The position numbers were made by a program, and so were the translations under genes. Under the pieces are notes generated by a model. The model saw nothing but the letters and a program-made list of their open reading frames with translations. It was not told the origin of the DNA and made no database searches. This document shows positions 25,737 to 38,645 of a DNA stretch of 64,000 nt, in pieces. The stretch spans positions 186,001-250,000 of the forward strand of contig JAPDFW010000063.1 of assembly GCA_028826165.1 (NCBI GenBank). The letters are read 5' to 3'. This DNA comes from Anaeramoeba ignava BMAN (lineage: Eukaryota; Protista; Anaeramoebae). How positions within the stretch are numbered: the stretch's first letter is position 1; each line of letters starts with the position of its first letter.

Positions 25737-27600
25737 TTAAAAAATGAAACAATTTTCTTTTTTTGTTGTTTCATTTTTGCTTTTTGTGTTGATATTTTGT
25801 TCTTTTTCTTTCTTTTCTTGATTTTGATTATTAAATTCTTTTTTAATTAAATCAAATAAATTTGGATTTGTTTGATTTAATTGAAAATAATCAATTCCAA
25901 TTTCAATTTCATTAATTATTTCTTGTGTAATTTGAATTTCATCTTTAATTTGATTTGAATAAATCCAATATTCAAATATTTGAAATGATTTATTACTTAA
26001 TTCACTATAATCTGTAACTTTATTTGATTTATCTTCAGTTACAGATAAAAACATTCCTCGATATAATTCACTTCTCATTATTAATATTAATTTTGGAAAT
26101 TTATATTGTTTTTCTTTTCTTTCAATTATAAAATCTTTTTCATTTTCATTTTCATTTTCATTTAAATAAATTCTTTTCATCGTTTCTTCAATTTTTTCAT
26201 TTAAATTTATAATTTCTTTAATTTCAGAATATAATTTTGGATTTATAATTCTGTTTGAATAAATCATTTCAAATATTTGATTTGATTCTTGAATTGATTT
26301 ATTTGAAATAATTTCTTTAAGTTTTTCAATTTCATTTTGATTTTGATTTAATCTATATTTCAATATTAATTTATGAGCTTCAATTATTTCTCCATTTTCG
26401 GTTTTAAATGAAATATCACAAAATTCTTTTCTTTCAAATAGTTTTATCAAATCTTCTTCAAGATTGGAAAAAGGAGGAGGAGAATAATAAAGAAATGATC
26501 TGTTAAATCCACAATAAATATGGTAACTGGAAATATCTTCATTAAATCTTAATTTAGGAAGTTTAATTTGAATTGGAATTGGTTGGTAACTTTTCTCTTC
26601 ATTTCCTAATTCACCATAATAATTACTTCCAAATCCGATTAATTTGCCTTTTGTTGTTAAAATTAAAGTATGTTGATATCCAACAGAAAAATCAAGAATA
26701 TAGTCATTTTCAAATAAAGATGATTTGATTTCAGTAAATATTCTTGTATCGTTTTCTTTGCCAAGTCCATTGTAATAAGTTCCACATGAATAAAATTTTC
26801 TTTTTGCATCATCTTCGATCAACATTATTGAATCATGTTCTCCACATTGAATATCAATTATTTTACCTTTTGGAATTTTTTTGATTTTGGTTAATTTTTC
26901 GATATATTCTTTTTTTGTTCCTAAACCAAGTTGACCATATCTATTCAATCCAGATCCAAATAATTCTTGATTTGAATTTAAAAGAAAAACATGATAAGAA
27001 CAAATTCCTGAAAATATTTTAGAAACATTTTTCATCATTAAAATTGGGTTTGTGAATCTTTCTGATCTTAAGCCTGAATCACTATCTTCGTAACATAACT
27101 TTATTTGATAAGCATTTTGATTTGTAGTTAATAAATAAATTGAAGTTGTTCCAGAAACAATATCTTGAATTATTCTATCCTTTGGATCTTCAATTTCTTT
27201 AGACATATTTTCAAATCGATAAGGTTGAGTTGTGCTAAAAATATGTATTCGACGCAAAAGGTTTCCTTCTGTTGTTAAAATATATTCAAAATGAGAATTA
27301 AAGCAAAGTTTTTTAATATTTTCAATTTGGATTTTTTCAATTTTTTGATCTGAATATTCAAATGCTTTTCCATCTTTAAAAAGGAAAATTTTTGAATATT
27401 CACCTGTTGTTGAAATTTGTTTAATTTGTTTTTCATTTTCATTTTCATTTTCATTTTCAAATTTAAATTGAGTTGGTTTTTGTTATTCTTTCTGGTTCAT
27501 TTTTTAAAAGAATTGGATTTTTATTGAAACCAAAAAATATAATTTCATTCTGTTTTTCTTTTTCTTTTTCTTTTTCTTTTTCTTTTGAATTTGGATTCAT
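25737..27600 (-). CDS. RCC1-repeat beta-propeller + BTB-like domains + CaaX; N-terminal part frameshifted
   Basis: RCC1 motifs (GLNRYGQLGLG, FSVGYQHTLIL, GSNYYGELG); BTB (FCDISFKTENGEIIEAHKLILKYR); ends KENCFIF. Homology to the 56763 gene extends to an ATG at 27600 across several homopolymer frameshifts. Confidence 0.75.
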
Positions 27601-27702
27601 TTTGATTTTATTTTTTGAATTTTTTGAAGAGAAAAAAAAATGAAAGAAAAAAATGAAAAAAAAAAATTTCTTTTTGGAAAATATGAAAAATTTTAAATTG
27701 AA

Positions 27703-29724
<2,022 letters not shown>

Positions 29725-31664
29725 ATGGATCCTGTTAGAAGAATTATGAAAGAAACACAAAGATTATTATCTGAACCATGTAAATAATTTATAAATTAAT
29801 TTTTATAAATATTCTAAATATTCTTTTTAATATTTTTATTATTTTTAGCTCCAGGAATTTCTGCAAAACCAGATGAAACTAATTTTCGTTATTTTCATGT
29901 TATAATTGAAGGTCCTTATCAATCTCCTTATGAAGGTGAATTTTAAATAAATTTTCACAGTTAAAAACTAAATAGAAATGGAATGAAATTGAAAACAAAA
30001 CATTTAAAAACAAAATATTTAAAAACAAAACATTTAAAAACAAAATATTTAAAAACATTTAAAACAAAGCATTTAAAAATAAAACATTTAAAAACAAAAC
30101 ATTTAAAAACAAAACATTTAAAAATAAACATTTAAAAATAAAACATTTAAAAATATTTAAAAACAAAACATTTAAAAACAAAACATTTAAAAACATTTAA
30201 AACAAAGCATTTAAAAATAAAACATTTAAAAACATTTAAAAACCAAACATTTAAAAATAAAACATTTGAAAACAAAACATTTAAAAACAAAATATTTAAA
30301 AACAAAACATTTAAAACCAAAACATTTAAAAACAAAACATTTAAAAACAAAACATTTAAAAACAAAACATTTAAAAACAAAACATTTAAAAACAAAACAT
30401 TTAAAAACAAAACATTTAAAAACAAAACATTTGAAAACAAAACATTTAAAAACATTTAAAAACAAAACATTTAAAAATAAAACATTTAAAAACAAAATAT
30501 TTAAAAACATTTAAAAATAAAACATTTAAAAACAAAACATTTAAAAACAAAATATTTCAAAACAAAACATTTAAAAATAAAACATTTAAAAATAAAACAT
30601 TTGAAAACAAAACATTTGAAAACAAAACATTTAAAAACAAAATATTTAAAACAAAACATTTAAAAATAAAACATTTAAAAATAAAACATTTAAAAACATT
30701 TAAAAACATTTGAAAACAAAACATTTGAAAACAAAACATTTAAAAACAAAATATTTAAAAACAAAACATTTAAAACCAAAACATTTAAAAACCAAAACAT
30801 TTGAAAACAAAACATTTAAAATAAAACATTTAAAAACCAAAACATTTAAAACCAAAACATTTAAAAACATTTAAAAACAAAACATTTAAAAACCAAAACA
30901 TTTAAAATAAAACATTTAAAAACAAAACATTTGAAAACAAAACATTTGAAAACAAAACATTTAAAAACATTTAAAACATTTAAAAACAAAACATTTAAAA
31001 CATTTAAAAACAAAATATTTAAAAACAAAACATTTAAAAATAAAACATTTAAAAATAAAACATTTGAAAACAAAACATTTAAAAACATTTAAAAATAAAA
31101 CATTTGAAAACAAAACATTTAAAAACATTTAAAAACAAAACATTTAAAAATAAAACATTTGAAAACAAAACATTTAAAAACAAAACATTTGAAAATAAAA
31201 CATTTGAAAATAAAACATTTGAAAATAAAACATTTGAAAATAAAACATTTAAAATAAAACATTTAAAAACAAAATATTAAAATTAAAATTAAAATTAAAA
31301 TTGGAAATAAAAATTAAAAATTAAAATTAAAATTTAAAATTGAAAAATAAAAGGAGGAGTGTTTCATTTAGAGCTATTTGTTCCAGATGAATATCCAATG
31401 GTTCCACCAAAAGCAAGATTTCTTACGAAGATTTATCATCCAAACATTGATAAAGTTGGAAGAATTTGTTTGAATATTTTAAAGAAACAATGGGTTCCAA
31501 CTCTTCAAATAAGAACGTTATTAATTAGTATTCAAGCTTTACTTGCAGCTCCAAATCCTGAAGATCCTTTAGATCCTCAAGTTGCAAAACATTGGAAAGA
31601 AAATGAACCTGAAGCTTTAAAAACTGCAAGAGAATGGACTCTTAAATATGCAATTGATAATTAA
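29725..31664 (+). CDS. UBC13: Ubiquitin-conjugating enzyme E2, UBC13/UBE2N-like, 3 exons
   Basis: [31 protein letters not shown]; [22 protein letters not shown]; [23 protein letters not shown]; introns 29780-29848 and 29936-31353. Confidence 0.85.
29992..31275. repeat. Intronic 15-bp tandem array (AAACATTTAAAAACA)
   Basis: Fills the E2 second intron; source of spurious KTKHL/NVLFL ORFs. Confidence 0.95.
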
Positions 31665-31962
31665 TTTTTTTTTTTCCACTTTTTTTTTTGTTTTGGAAAA
31701 AAAATCGAAGAAAATTTGGATCAGAATGAAAAAGAAAAAGAGGAAAAATTTATTTTAAACCAATTAAGCAATTTTAATTAAAACAATTTTTTTTTTAAAA
31801 TTAAAATGTCTTGTTTTTGTTGTTTTTTGTTTTTATTTTTTGAAATGTCTTGTTTTTGTTATTTTTTTTTATTTAAAAAGATCATTTTGATCCAATTTTT
31901 TTTTTTGTTCTCCTTTTTTTTAATTTATTTTTCTTTTTATTTTTCATTTTTATTTTTTGAAA

Positions 31963-33207
31963 ATGTATTTTAACAAAACAGGAATTTTTTCTAAAGAAGA
32001 AATTGAAGAAAAGAAAAAACAAGCTTTAACAAAAAAAGAATTCAAAGTTCTTTTGCACAAAATCAAAGAATATGAAGAAATTTATGAAGAAAATCAAGAA
32101 AGAAAAAAAACACAAGAAGATCTAGAAAATTTATATGAAATTTATGGAATAAAAAGAAAAGAAGAAATCAAAATGAAAACAAAAGAAGAAAAAGAAATGA
32201 ATGAATTAATCAAAACAACAATTCAAATTTTAGAAGCACAAAAAAAACAAACAGAAAATTTTTTTCGAAAATTAAGTGATTTTGAAAAAGAATATGAAGA
32301 AAAATTGGATAATTTGGATCTTCTTCCTCAAATCAAAAAGAGGAAAAAAAAATCATTAGATGAAGCAAGTAATTCATTAAGAAATTTAATTAAAAGAAAA
32401 AATTCAAAGGAACTTTATGATGTTGTTTTGAAAAAATCAAGAAAAAAATTGCCTTCAAAATCCATTCAAATTTTGAGAGAGTTTTTTCTTAATCATATTG
32501 AACATCCTTATCCAACTCAAGAAGAAAAAGAGATGCTTGCTGAAAAAAGTGGACTTACAATTACTCAAATTAATTATTGGTTTATTAATTCTCGAAGAAG
32601 AATATTGAAGCCAATTTTGGAAGAAAAGAATAAACAGGAAGAGGATGAATTAATTAAAGAAATTCAAGGAATTGAAGAAAATGAATTCAATCAATTCAAT
32701 CAATTAAATCAATTCAATGAATTCAATCAATTAAATGAAGAAATTGAAGAAAATCAATTAAATCAATTAAATCAATTAAATCAATTAAATCAATTAAATC
32801 AAGAAATTGAATTAAATCAAGAAATTCAATCAAATCAATTAAATCAATTAAATCAATTAAATCAATTCAATCAATTAAATCAATTAAATCAATTAAATGA
32901 AGAAATTGAATTAAATCAAGAAATTGAAGAAATTGAATTAAATCAATCAAATCAATTAAATCAATTAAATCAATTAAATCAATTAAATCAATTAAATCAA
33001 TCAAATCAATTAAATCAAGAAATTGAAATGGAACAAGAAAATCAATTAAATCAAGAAATTTCAAATAATCCTTCTAAAGATGAAACTCTTTTAAATGATT
33101 TATTACTTCAATTAAAAAAAGATTCAAATTCTTCCACTTTTGATCAAATTTCTCCAAATAAGATTGAAAATTATTTATCGGATTTAGGACTTGAAAAATT
33201 AATTTAA
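31963..33207 (+). CDS. TALE-class homeobox transcription factor with NQL-repeat C-terminus
   Basis: KLPSKSIQILREFFLNHIEHPYPTQEEKEMLAEKSGLTITQINYWFINSRRRILKP: PYP loop extension and WFIN.RRR helix 3. Confidence 0.92.
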   Translation: MYFNKTGIFSKEEIEEKKKQALTKKEFKVLLHKIKEYEEIYEENQERKKTQEDLENLYEIYGIKRKEEIKMKTKEEKEMNELIKTTIQILEAQKKQTENFFRKLSDFEKEYEEKLDNLDLLPQIKKRKKKSLDEASNSLRNLIKRKNSKELYDVVLKKSRKKLPSKSIQILREFFLNHIEHPYPTQEEKEMLAEKSGLTITQINYWFINSRRRILKPILEEKNKQEEDELIKEIQGIEENEFNQFNQLNQFNEFNQLNEEIEENQLNQLNQLNQLNQLNQEIELNQEIQSNQLNQLNQLNQFNQLNQLNQLNEEIELNQEIEEIELNQSNQLNQLNQLNQLNQLNQSNQLNQEIEMEQENQLNQEISNNPSKDETLLNDLLLQLKKDSNSSTFDQISPNKIENYLSDLGLEKLI

Positions 33208-33570
33208 ATCAATTTTAAATCAATTTTAAATCAATTTTTAATCAATTTTAAATCAATTTTTAATCAATTTTAAATCAATTTTTAATCAATTTTAAATCAA
33301 TTTTTAATCAATTTTAAATCAATTTTAAATCAATTTTAAATCAATTTTTAATCAATTTTTAATCAATTTTAAATCAATTTTAAATCAATTTTTAATCAAT
33401 TTTTAATCAATTTTAAATCAATTTTAAATCAATTTTTAATCAATTTTAAATCAATTTTTAATCAATTTTAAATCAATTTTAAATCAATTTTAAATCAATT
33501 TTTAATCAATTTTAATCAATTTTTAATCAATTTTTAATCAATTTTTAATCAATTTTTAAATCAATTTTTA
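33205..33570. repeat. 11-bp tandem array (AAATCAATTTT) directly after the homeobox stop
   Basis: Visible array. Confidence 0.95.
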
Positions 33571-33667
33571 TTTTTTTTTAATTTCATTTTTTTTCATTTT
33601 TTTTTGCATTTTTTAATTTGTTTTTCTTTCTTTTTTTTTTTTTCAAAATCAATTTAAAAATCAATCA

Positions 33668-35603
33668 ATGTCTACTCAATCAATTCAATCCATTTTAACC
33701 GTAAAAAAAAAATAAAAGCAAAAAAAAAAATTATAAAAACAAAAATTTTATATTAATTTTTTTTACAGGAAATGGCACTTCCTTTATTAAGTGAATTACC
33801 AGATTCGTTAAGAAATTATTCAAATTTAACAACAAAATCAAATAAAAAAAGAAAGAGTCCTTATGTTTCAGAAGAAAAACAAGAAAAAAAAAAAGAAAAA
33901 ATAAAAATAAAAGAAAAAGAAAAAGAAAAAATAATAAAAACAAAAAATAAGTCAAATGAGACAAAAGAAAATAAAGAAAATAAACCAGAAACAATAAAAC
34001 AAGATCAAGGAAGTAAGTTTTGGAAAATAATTTCCGATTCAATTTAAAATTCAATTTAAAAATTCAATTTAAAAATTCAATTTAAAATTCAATTTAAAAT
34101 TTAATTTAAAAATTCAATTTAAAATTCAATTTAAAATTCAATTTAAAAATTCAATTTAAAAATTCAATTTAATATTCAATTTAATATTTATTTAAAATTT
34201 ATTTAAAATTCAATTTAAAATTCAATTTAATATTTATTTAAAATTCAATTTAAAATTCAATTTAAAATTCAATTTAATATTTATTTAAAAATTTAATTTA
34301 AAAATTCAATTTAAAATTTATTTAAAAATTTAATTTAAAATCCAATTTAAAATTCAATTTAATATTTATTTAAAATCCAATTTAAAATCCAATTTAAAAT
34401 TCAATTTAAAATTTATTTAAAAATTTAATTTAAAAATCCAATTTAAAATTTATTTAAAATTTAATTTAAAATTCAATTTAAAAATCCAATTTAAAATCCA
34501 ATTTAAAATTCAATTTAAAAATTCAATTTAAAATTTAATTTAAAATTCAATTTAAAAATTCAATTTAAAATTCAATTTAAAATTCAATTTAAAATTCAAT
34601 TTAAAATTCAATTTAAAATTCAATTTAAAATTCAATTTAAAATTCAATTTAAAATTCAATTTAAAAATCCAATTTAAAATTTAATTTAAAAATTCAATTT
34701 AAAATTCAATTTAAAAATTCAATTTAAAAAGTTCGAAAATGGAATTTAAATGAATATAAACATAAACTTGCAAGAAATAATCGAACAAATTCACCAAACG
34801 AGAAAGAAAAAGAAAAAGAAAAAGAAAAAGAAAAAGAAATAGAAATAGAAGAAACAAGTGAGAATAATAATTCACTTATGAATGAAAAAGATTATGAAAA
34901 AAAAGGAGAATCATTATCAAATATTGGAAAAGAATTGAAACATGAAGCTGATAAATTAAAAGATGTAGTTTTCAATTTTTATTAAATGGTTCCTTATTTT
35001 TTTATTTATTCTTTATTATTCAAATTTTTTTATAAAGAAACAACAATCAGCAATTACTTATTTTAAAGCAGGAATTAAATTTCTTGAGAGTGGTGAATGT
35101 TATGAGGTTAATTTATTTAATTATTTATTAATTAAATTATTAAATTATTAATTAATTATTTATTAATTAAAATTGCAAAATAAATTAAGATGGCAGGAAA
35201 ATTAAATCCTAGATTTATAGGAATAGCAGCAAGAATGTATGATAAAACAACACCATTCCTTGAGTTTTGTTCAGAAAGATTCAACAGTCAAAATTTAAAG
35301 AAATTATGCTCATTATGTCATTTATGTATAGCAGTAACGGAAATGAGAACTTTTTTAATTCACAAAAATAAATTAAGACAATTTCAAAAAATTTCAATTA
35401 CAATGAAGGAAAAAAATCAACAAATCGATCAAGAAAAACAATTCACTTTTATGCGTAATATTGGTCATATTTTTAGAGCTTTTGAAGCTTCTGAAAAATA
35501 TGACCGTTTAAATATTGATTCAAAAAAATTCCATGATTTTACTTCTTCTTCTATTTCTCAAGTTATTCAATTTGTTCGTAATTCTGTTGATTTTCAACTT
35601 TAA
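33668..35603 (+). CDS. Small AF4/FMR2 (AFF) C-terminal-homology-domain-like protein, 5 exons
   Basis: Spliced translation gives GKELKHEADKLKDKQQSAITYFKAGIKFLESGECYE...MYDKTTPFLEFC...LCHLCIAVTEMRTF, resembling the AFF CHD helices; long intron 34013-34731. Confidence 0.65.
34040..34730. repeat. Intronic ~12-bp tandem array (TTCAATTTAAAA)
   Basis: Fills intron 34013-34731. Confidence 0.95.
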
Positions 35604-35719
35604 AATCTTTTTTTATTTCTTTTTGTAAAAAGTTTTCTTTCTTTTTTTTAAAAATAAAAGGGTTTGAAGGAATTGTTTTTTTTTATCAACTTTATTTTCT
35701 AAATTTTTAATTTGATTTT

Positions 35720-37915
35720 CTTTATAATTTTGTTTTCTTTATAATTTTGTTTATAATTTTGTTTATAATTTTGTTTATAATTTTGTTTATAATTTTGTTT
35801 ATAATTTTGTTTATAATTTTGTTTATGATTTTGTTTATAATTTTCTTTATAATTTTCTTTATAATTTTCTTTATGATTTTCTTTATGATTTTCTTTATAA
35901 TTTTGTTTATAATTTTTCTTTATAATTTTGTTTATAATTTTTGTTTATAATTTTCTTTTATAATTTTTGTTTTTATAATTTTGTTTATAATTTTGTTTAT
36001 AATTTTGTTTATAATTTTGTTTATGATTTTGTTTATAATTTTGTTTATGATTTTTTTTATAATTTTGTTTATAATTTTGTTTATGATTTTGTTTATAATT
36101 TTGTTTATAATTTTGTTTATAATTTTGTTTATAATTTTGTTTATAATTTTGTTTATAATTTTGTTTATAATTTTCTTTATAATTTTGTTTATAATTTTGT
36201 TTATAATTTTGTTTATAATTTTGTTTATAATTTTGTTTATAATTTTGTTTATAATTTTGTTTATAATTTTGTTTATAATTTTATTTTATAATTTTGTTTT
36301 ATAATTTTGTTTTATAATTTTGTTTATAATTTTGTTTATAATTTTGTTTATAATTTTTGTTTTTTTGATTTTGTTTTTATTTTGTTTATAATTTTGTTTA
36401 TAATTTTGTTTATAATTTTTTGTTTATAATTTTTATGATTTTTCTTTTAATTTTCTTTTATGATTTTCTTTTATAATTTTTGTTTTATAATTTTGTTTAT
36501 AATTTTTGTTTATAATTTTGTTTATAATTTTGTTTATAATTTTGTTTTTAATTTTCTTTATGATTTTCTTTATAATTTTGTTTATAATTTTCTTTATAAT
36601 TTTCGTTTATAATTTTCTTTATAATTTTGTTTATAATTTTCTTTATAATTTTGTTTATAATTTTGTTTTATAATTTTGTTTATGATTTTGTTTTATGATT
36701 TTCTTTTATAATTTTTGTTTATAATTTTTTTTATAATTTTGTTTATAATTTTGTTTATAATTTTGTTTATAATTTTGTTTTTATTTTGTTTATAATTTTG
36801 TTTATAATTTTGTTTATAATTTTGTTTATAATTTTGTTTATAATTTTGTTTATAATTTTGTTTTATAATTTTGTTTATAATTTTGTTTATAATTTTGTTT
36901 ATAATTTTGTTTATAATTTTGTTTATAATTTTGTTTATAATTTTGTTTTATAATTTTGATTTTTTATATTTTGTTTTGATTTTGTTTATAATTTTATAAT
37001 TTTGTTTTTATAATTTTGTTTATAATTTTGTTTATAATTTTATGATTTTCTTTATAATTTTGTTTTTATAATTTTGTTTATAATTTTGTTTATAATTTTG
37101 TTTATAATTTTCTTTATGATTTTGTTTATAATTTTGTTTTATAATTTTCTTTTATAATTTTGTTTATAATTTTGTTTATAATTTTGTTTATAATTTTGTT
37201 TATAATTTTGTTTATAATTTTGTTTATAATTTTGTTTATGATTTTCTTTATAATTTTGTTTTTAATTTTGTTTTTAATTTTCTTTATAATTTTCTTTATA
37301 ATGATTTTCTCTTTCTTTTTAATTATTATCTTTTATGATTATCTTTTATGATTATCTTTATGATTATCTTTTGTTTATGATTATCTTTATGATTTTCTTG
37401 ATGATTTTGTTTATAATTTTCTTTTTAATTTTCTTTATGATTATCTTTATGATTTTCTTTATGATTTTCTTTATAATTATCTTTATAATTATCTTTATAA
37501 TGATTTTTTCTTTCTTTAGAATTATCTTTATGATTATCTTTATGATTTTCTTTATAATTTTCTTTATAATTTTCTTTATAATTTTCTTTATAATGATTTT
37601 CTCTTTCTTTATAATTATCTTTATGATTATCTTTATGATTATCTTTATGATTATCTTTATAATGATTTTCTCTTTCTTTATAATGATTTTCTCTTTCTTT
37701 AGAATTTTCTTTATAATTTTCTTTATAATGATTTTCTCTTAGAATTATCTTTAGAATTTTCTTTAGAATTTTCTTTATAATTTTCTTTATAATTTTCTTT
37801 ATAATTTTCTTTATAATTTTCTTTATGATTTTCTTTATAATTTTCTTTTCAATTTTCTTTATAATTTTGTTTATAATTATCTTTATAATTATCTTTATAA
37901 TTTTCTTTATAATGA
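35720..37915. repeat. 12-bp tandem array TTTTGTTTATAA grading into TTTTCTTTATAA/TTATCTTTATGA
   Basis: About 2.2 kb array between convergent genes; right part overlaps the FAM133-like reading frame. Confidence 0.95.
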
Positions 37916-38324
37916 TTTTTTCTTTCTTTAGAATTTTCTTGATGATTTTCTTTTTCTTTCTTTTTTTCTTTTTCTTTTTCTTTCTCAAAAAATTTCGAAA
38001 GTGGAACAGGTTCTGAACTATTAATGCTTTCTTTTTCTTTTTCGTTATTTTTTTTCTTATTCTTATTCTTATCTCTTTTCTTTTTCTTTTTAAGTTTTTT
38101 TTTCTTTTTTTTTTCTTTATCTTTTTTTTTCTTTTTTCTTTTTTATTTTTTTTAAGTTTTTGTTCTCTTTCATTTTTTAAAGAATTTCGATATTCTTCAG
38201 ATTCCATTTTTTCCCATAAATCAAGTCCATGTTTTTTTTTATTACCAAATTTTTCATTAAATTGATCCCAAGTTGGTCTTGGTCTGCTAAAAAATTCACG
38301 AATTGTTGTTCCACGATTTTCCAT
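37425..38324 (-). CDS. FAM133-like Lys-rich protein; C-terminus runs into NYKE/NHKD repeats; 3' end uncertain
   Basis: GTTIREFFSRPRPTWDQF resembles the FAM133 motif GPTIQDYLNRPRPTWEEV; EPVPLSKFF at ~37985-38015 lies in another frame, implying a homopolymer frameshift. Confidence 0.65.
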   Translation of the reverse strand: MENRGTTIREFFSRPRPTWDQFNEKFGNKKKHGLDLWEKMESEEYRNSLKNEREQKLKKNKKEKRKKKIKKKKRKKNLKRKRKEIRIRIRKKITKKKKKALIVQNLFHFRNFLRKKKKKKKRKKKKIIKKILKKEKIIIKKIIKIIIKIIINKIIKKIEKKIIKKIIKKIIKKIIKKIIKKIIKKILKKILKIILRENHYKENYKENSKERENHYKERENHYKDNHKDNHKDNHKDNYKERENHYKENYKENYKENYKENHKDNHKDNSKERKNHYKDNYKDNYKENHKENHKDNHKEN

Positions 38325-38645
38325 TTAGTTTTTTTTTTTTTTTGATTTTGATTTTGTTTTTGATTTTTTTTTTGTTATGTCGGTTAAATTTGAAAATAAA
38401 AATAAACGGAAAAAAAATGTAAAAATGTCAAAAAGTGTTTTTGTTTTTTGTGTGTTTTTTTAAAAGAATAAAAGAAGATACTTTTTGAAATGATGAAAAT
38501 GAAAAAATGAAAAAATGAAAAAATGAAAAAATGAAAATCGGAAAAAAATATTTTTTTTAATTTTGAATTGAAAATCTTTCTTAATTGATTTGAATTATGA
38601 AAAGAAAAAGAAAAAAAGAAAAAAGAAAAAAATAATGAAAGGGAA

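Noticed and set aside
30147-31088. ORFs such as NVLFL/KTKHL repeats, and similar ones at 28323, 35747-37351, 46542-47886 and 60343-61426
   Set aside because: They are translations of intronic or intergenic tandem arrays lying inside well-supported GT-AG introns or gaps
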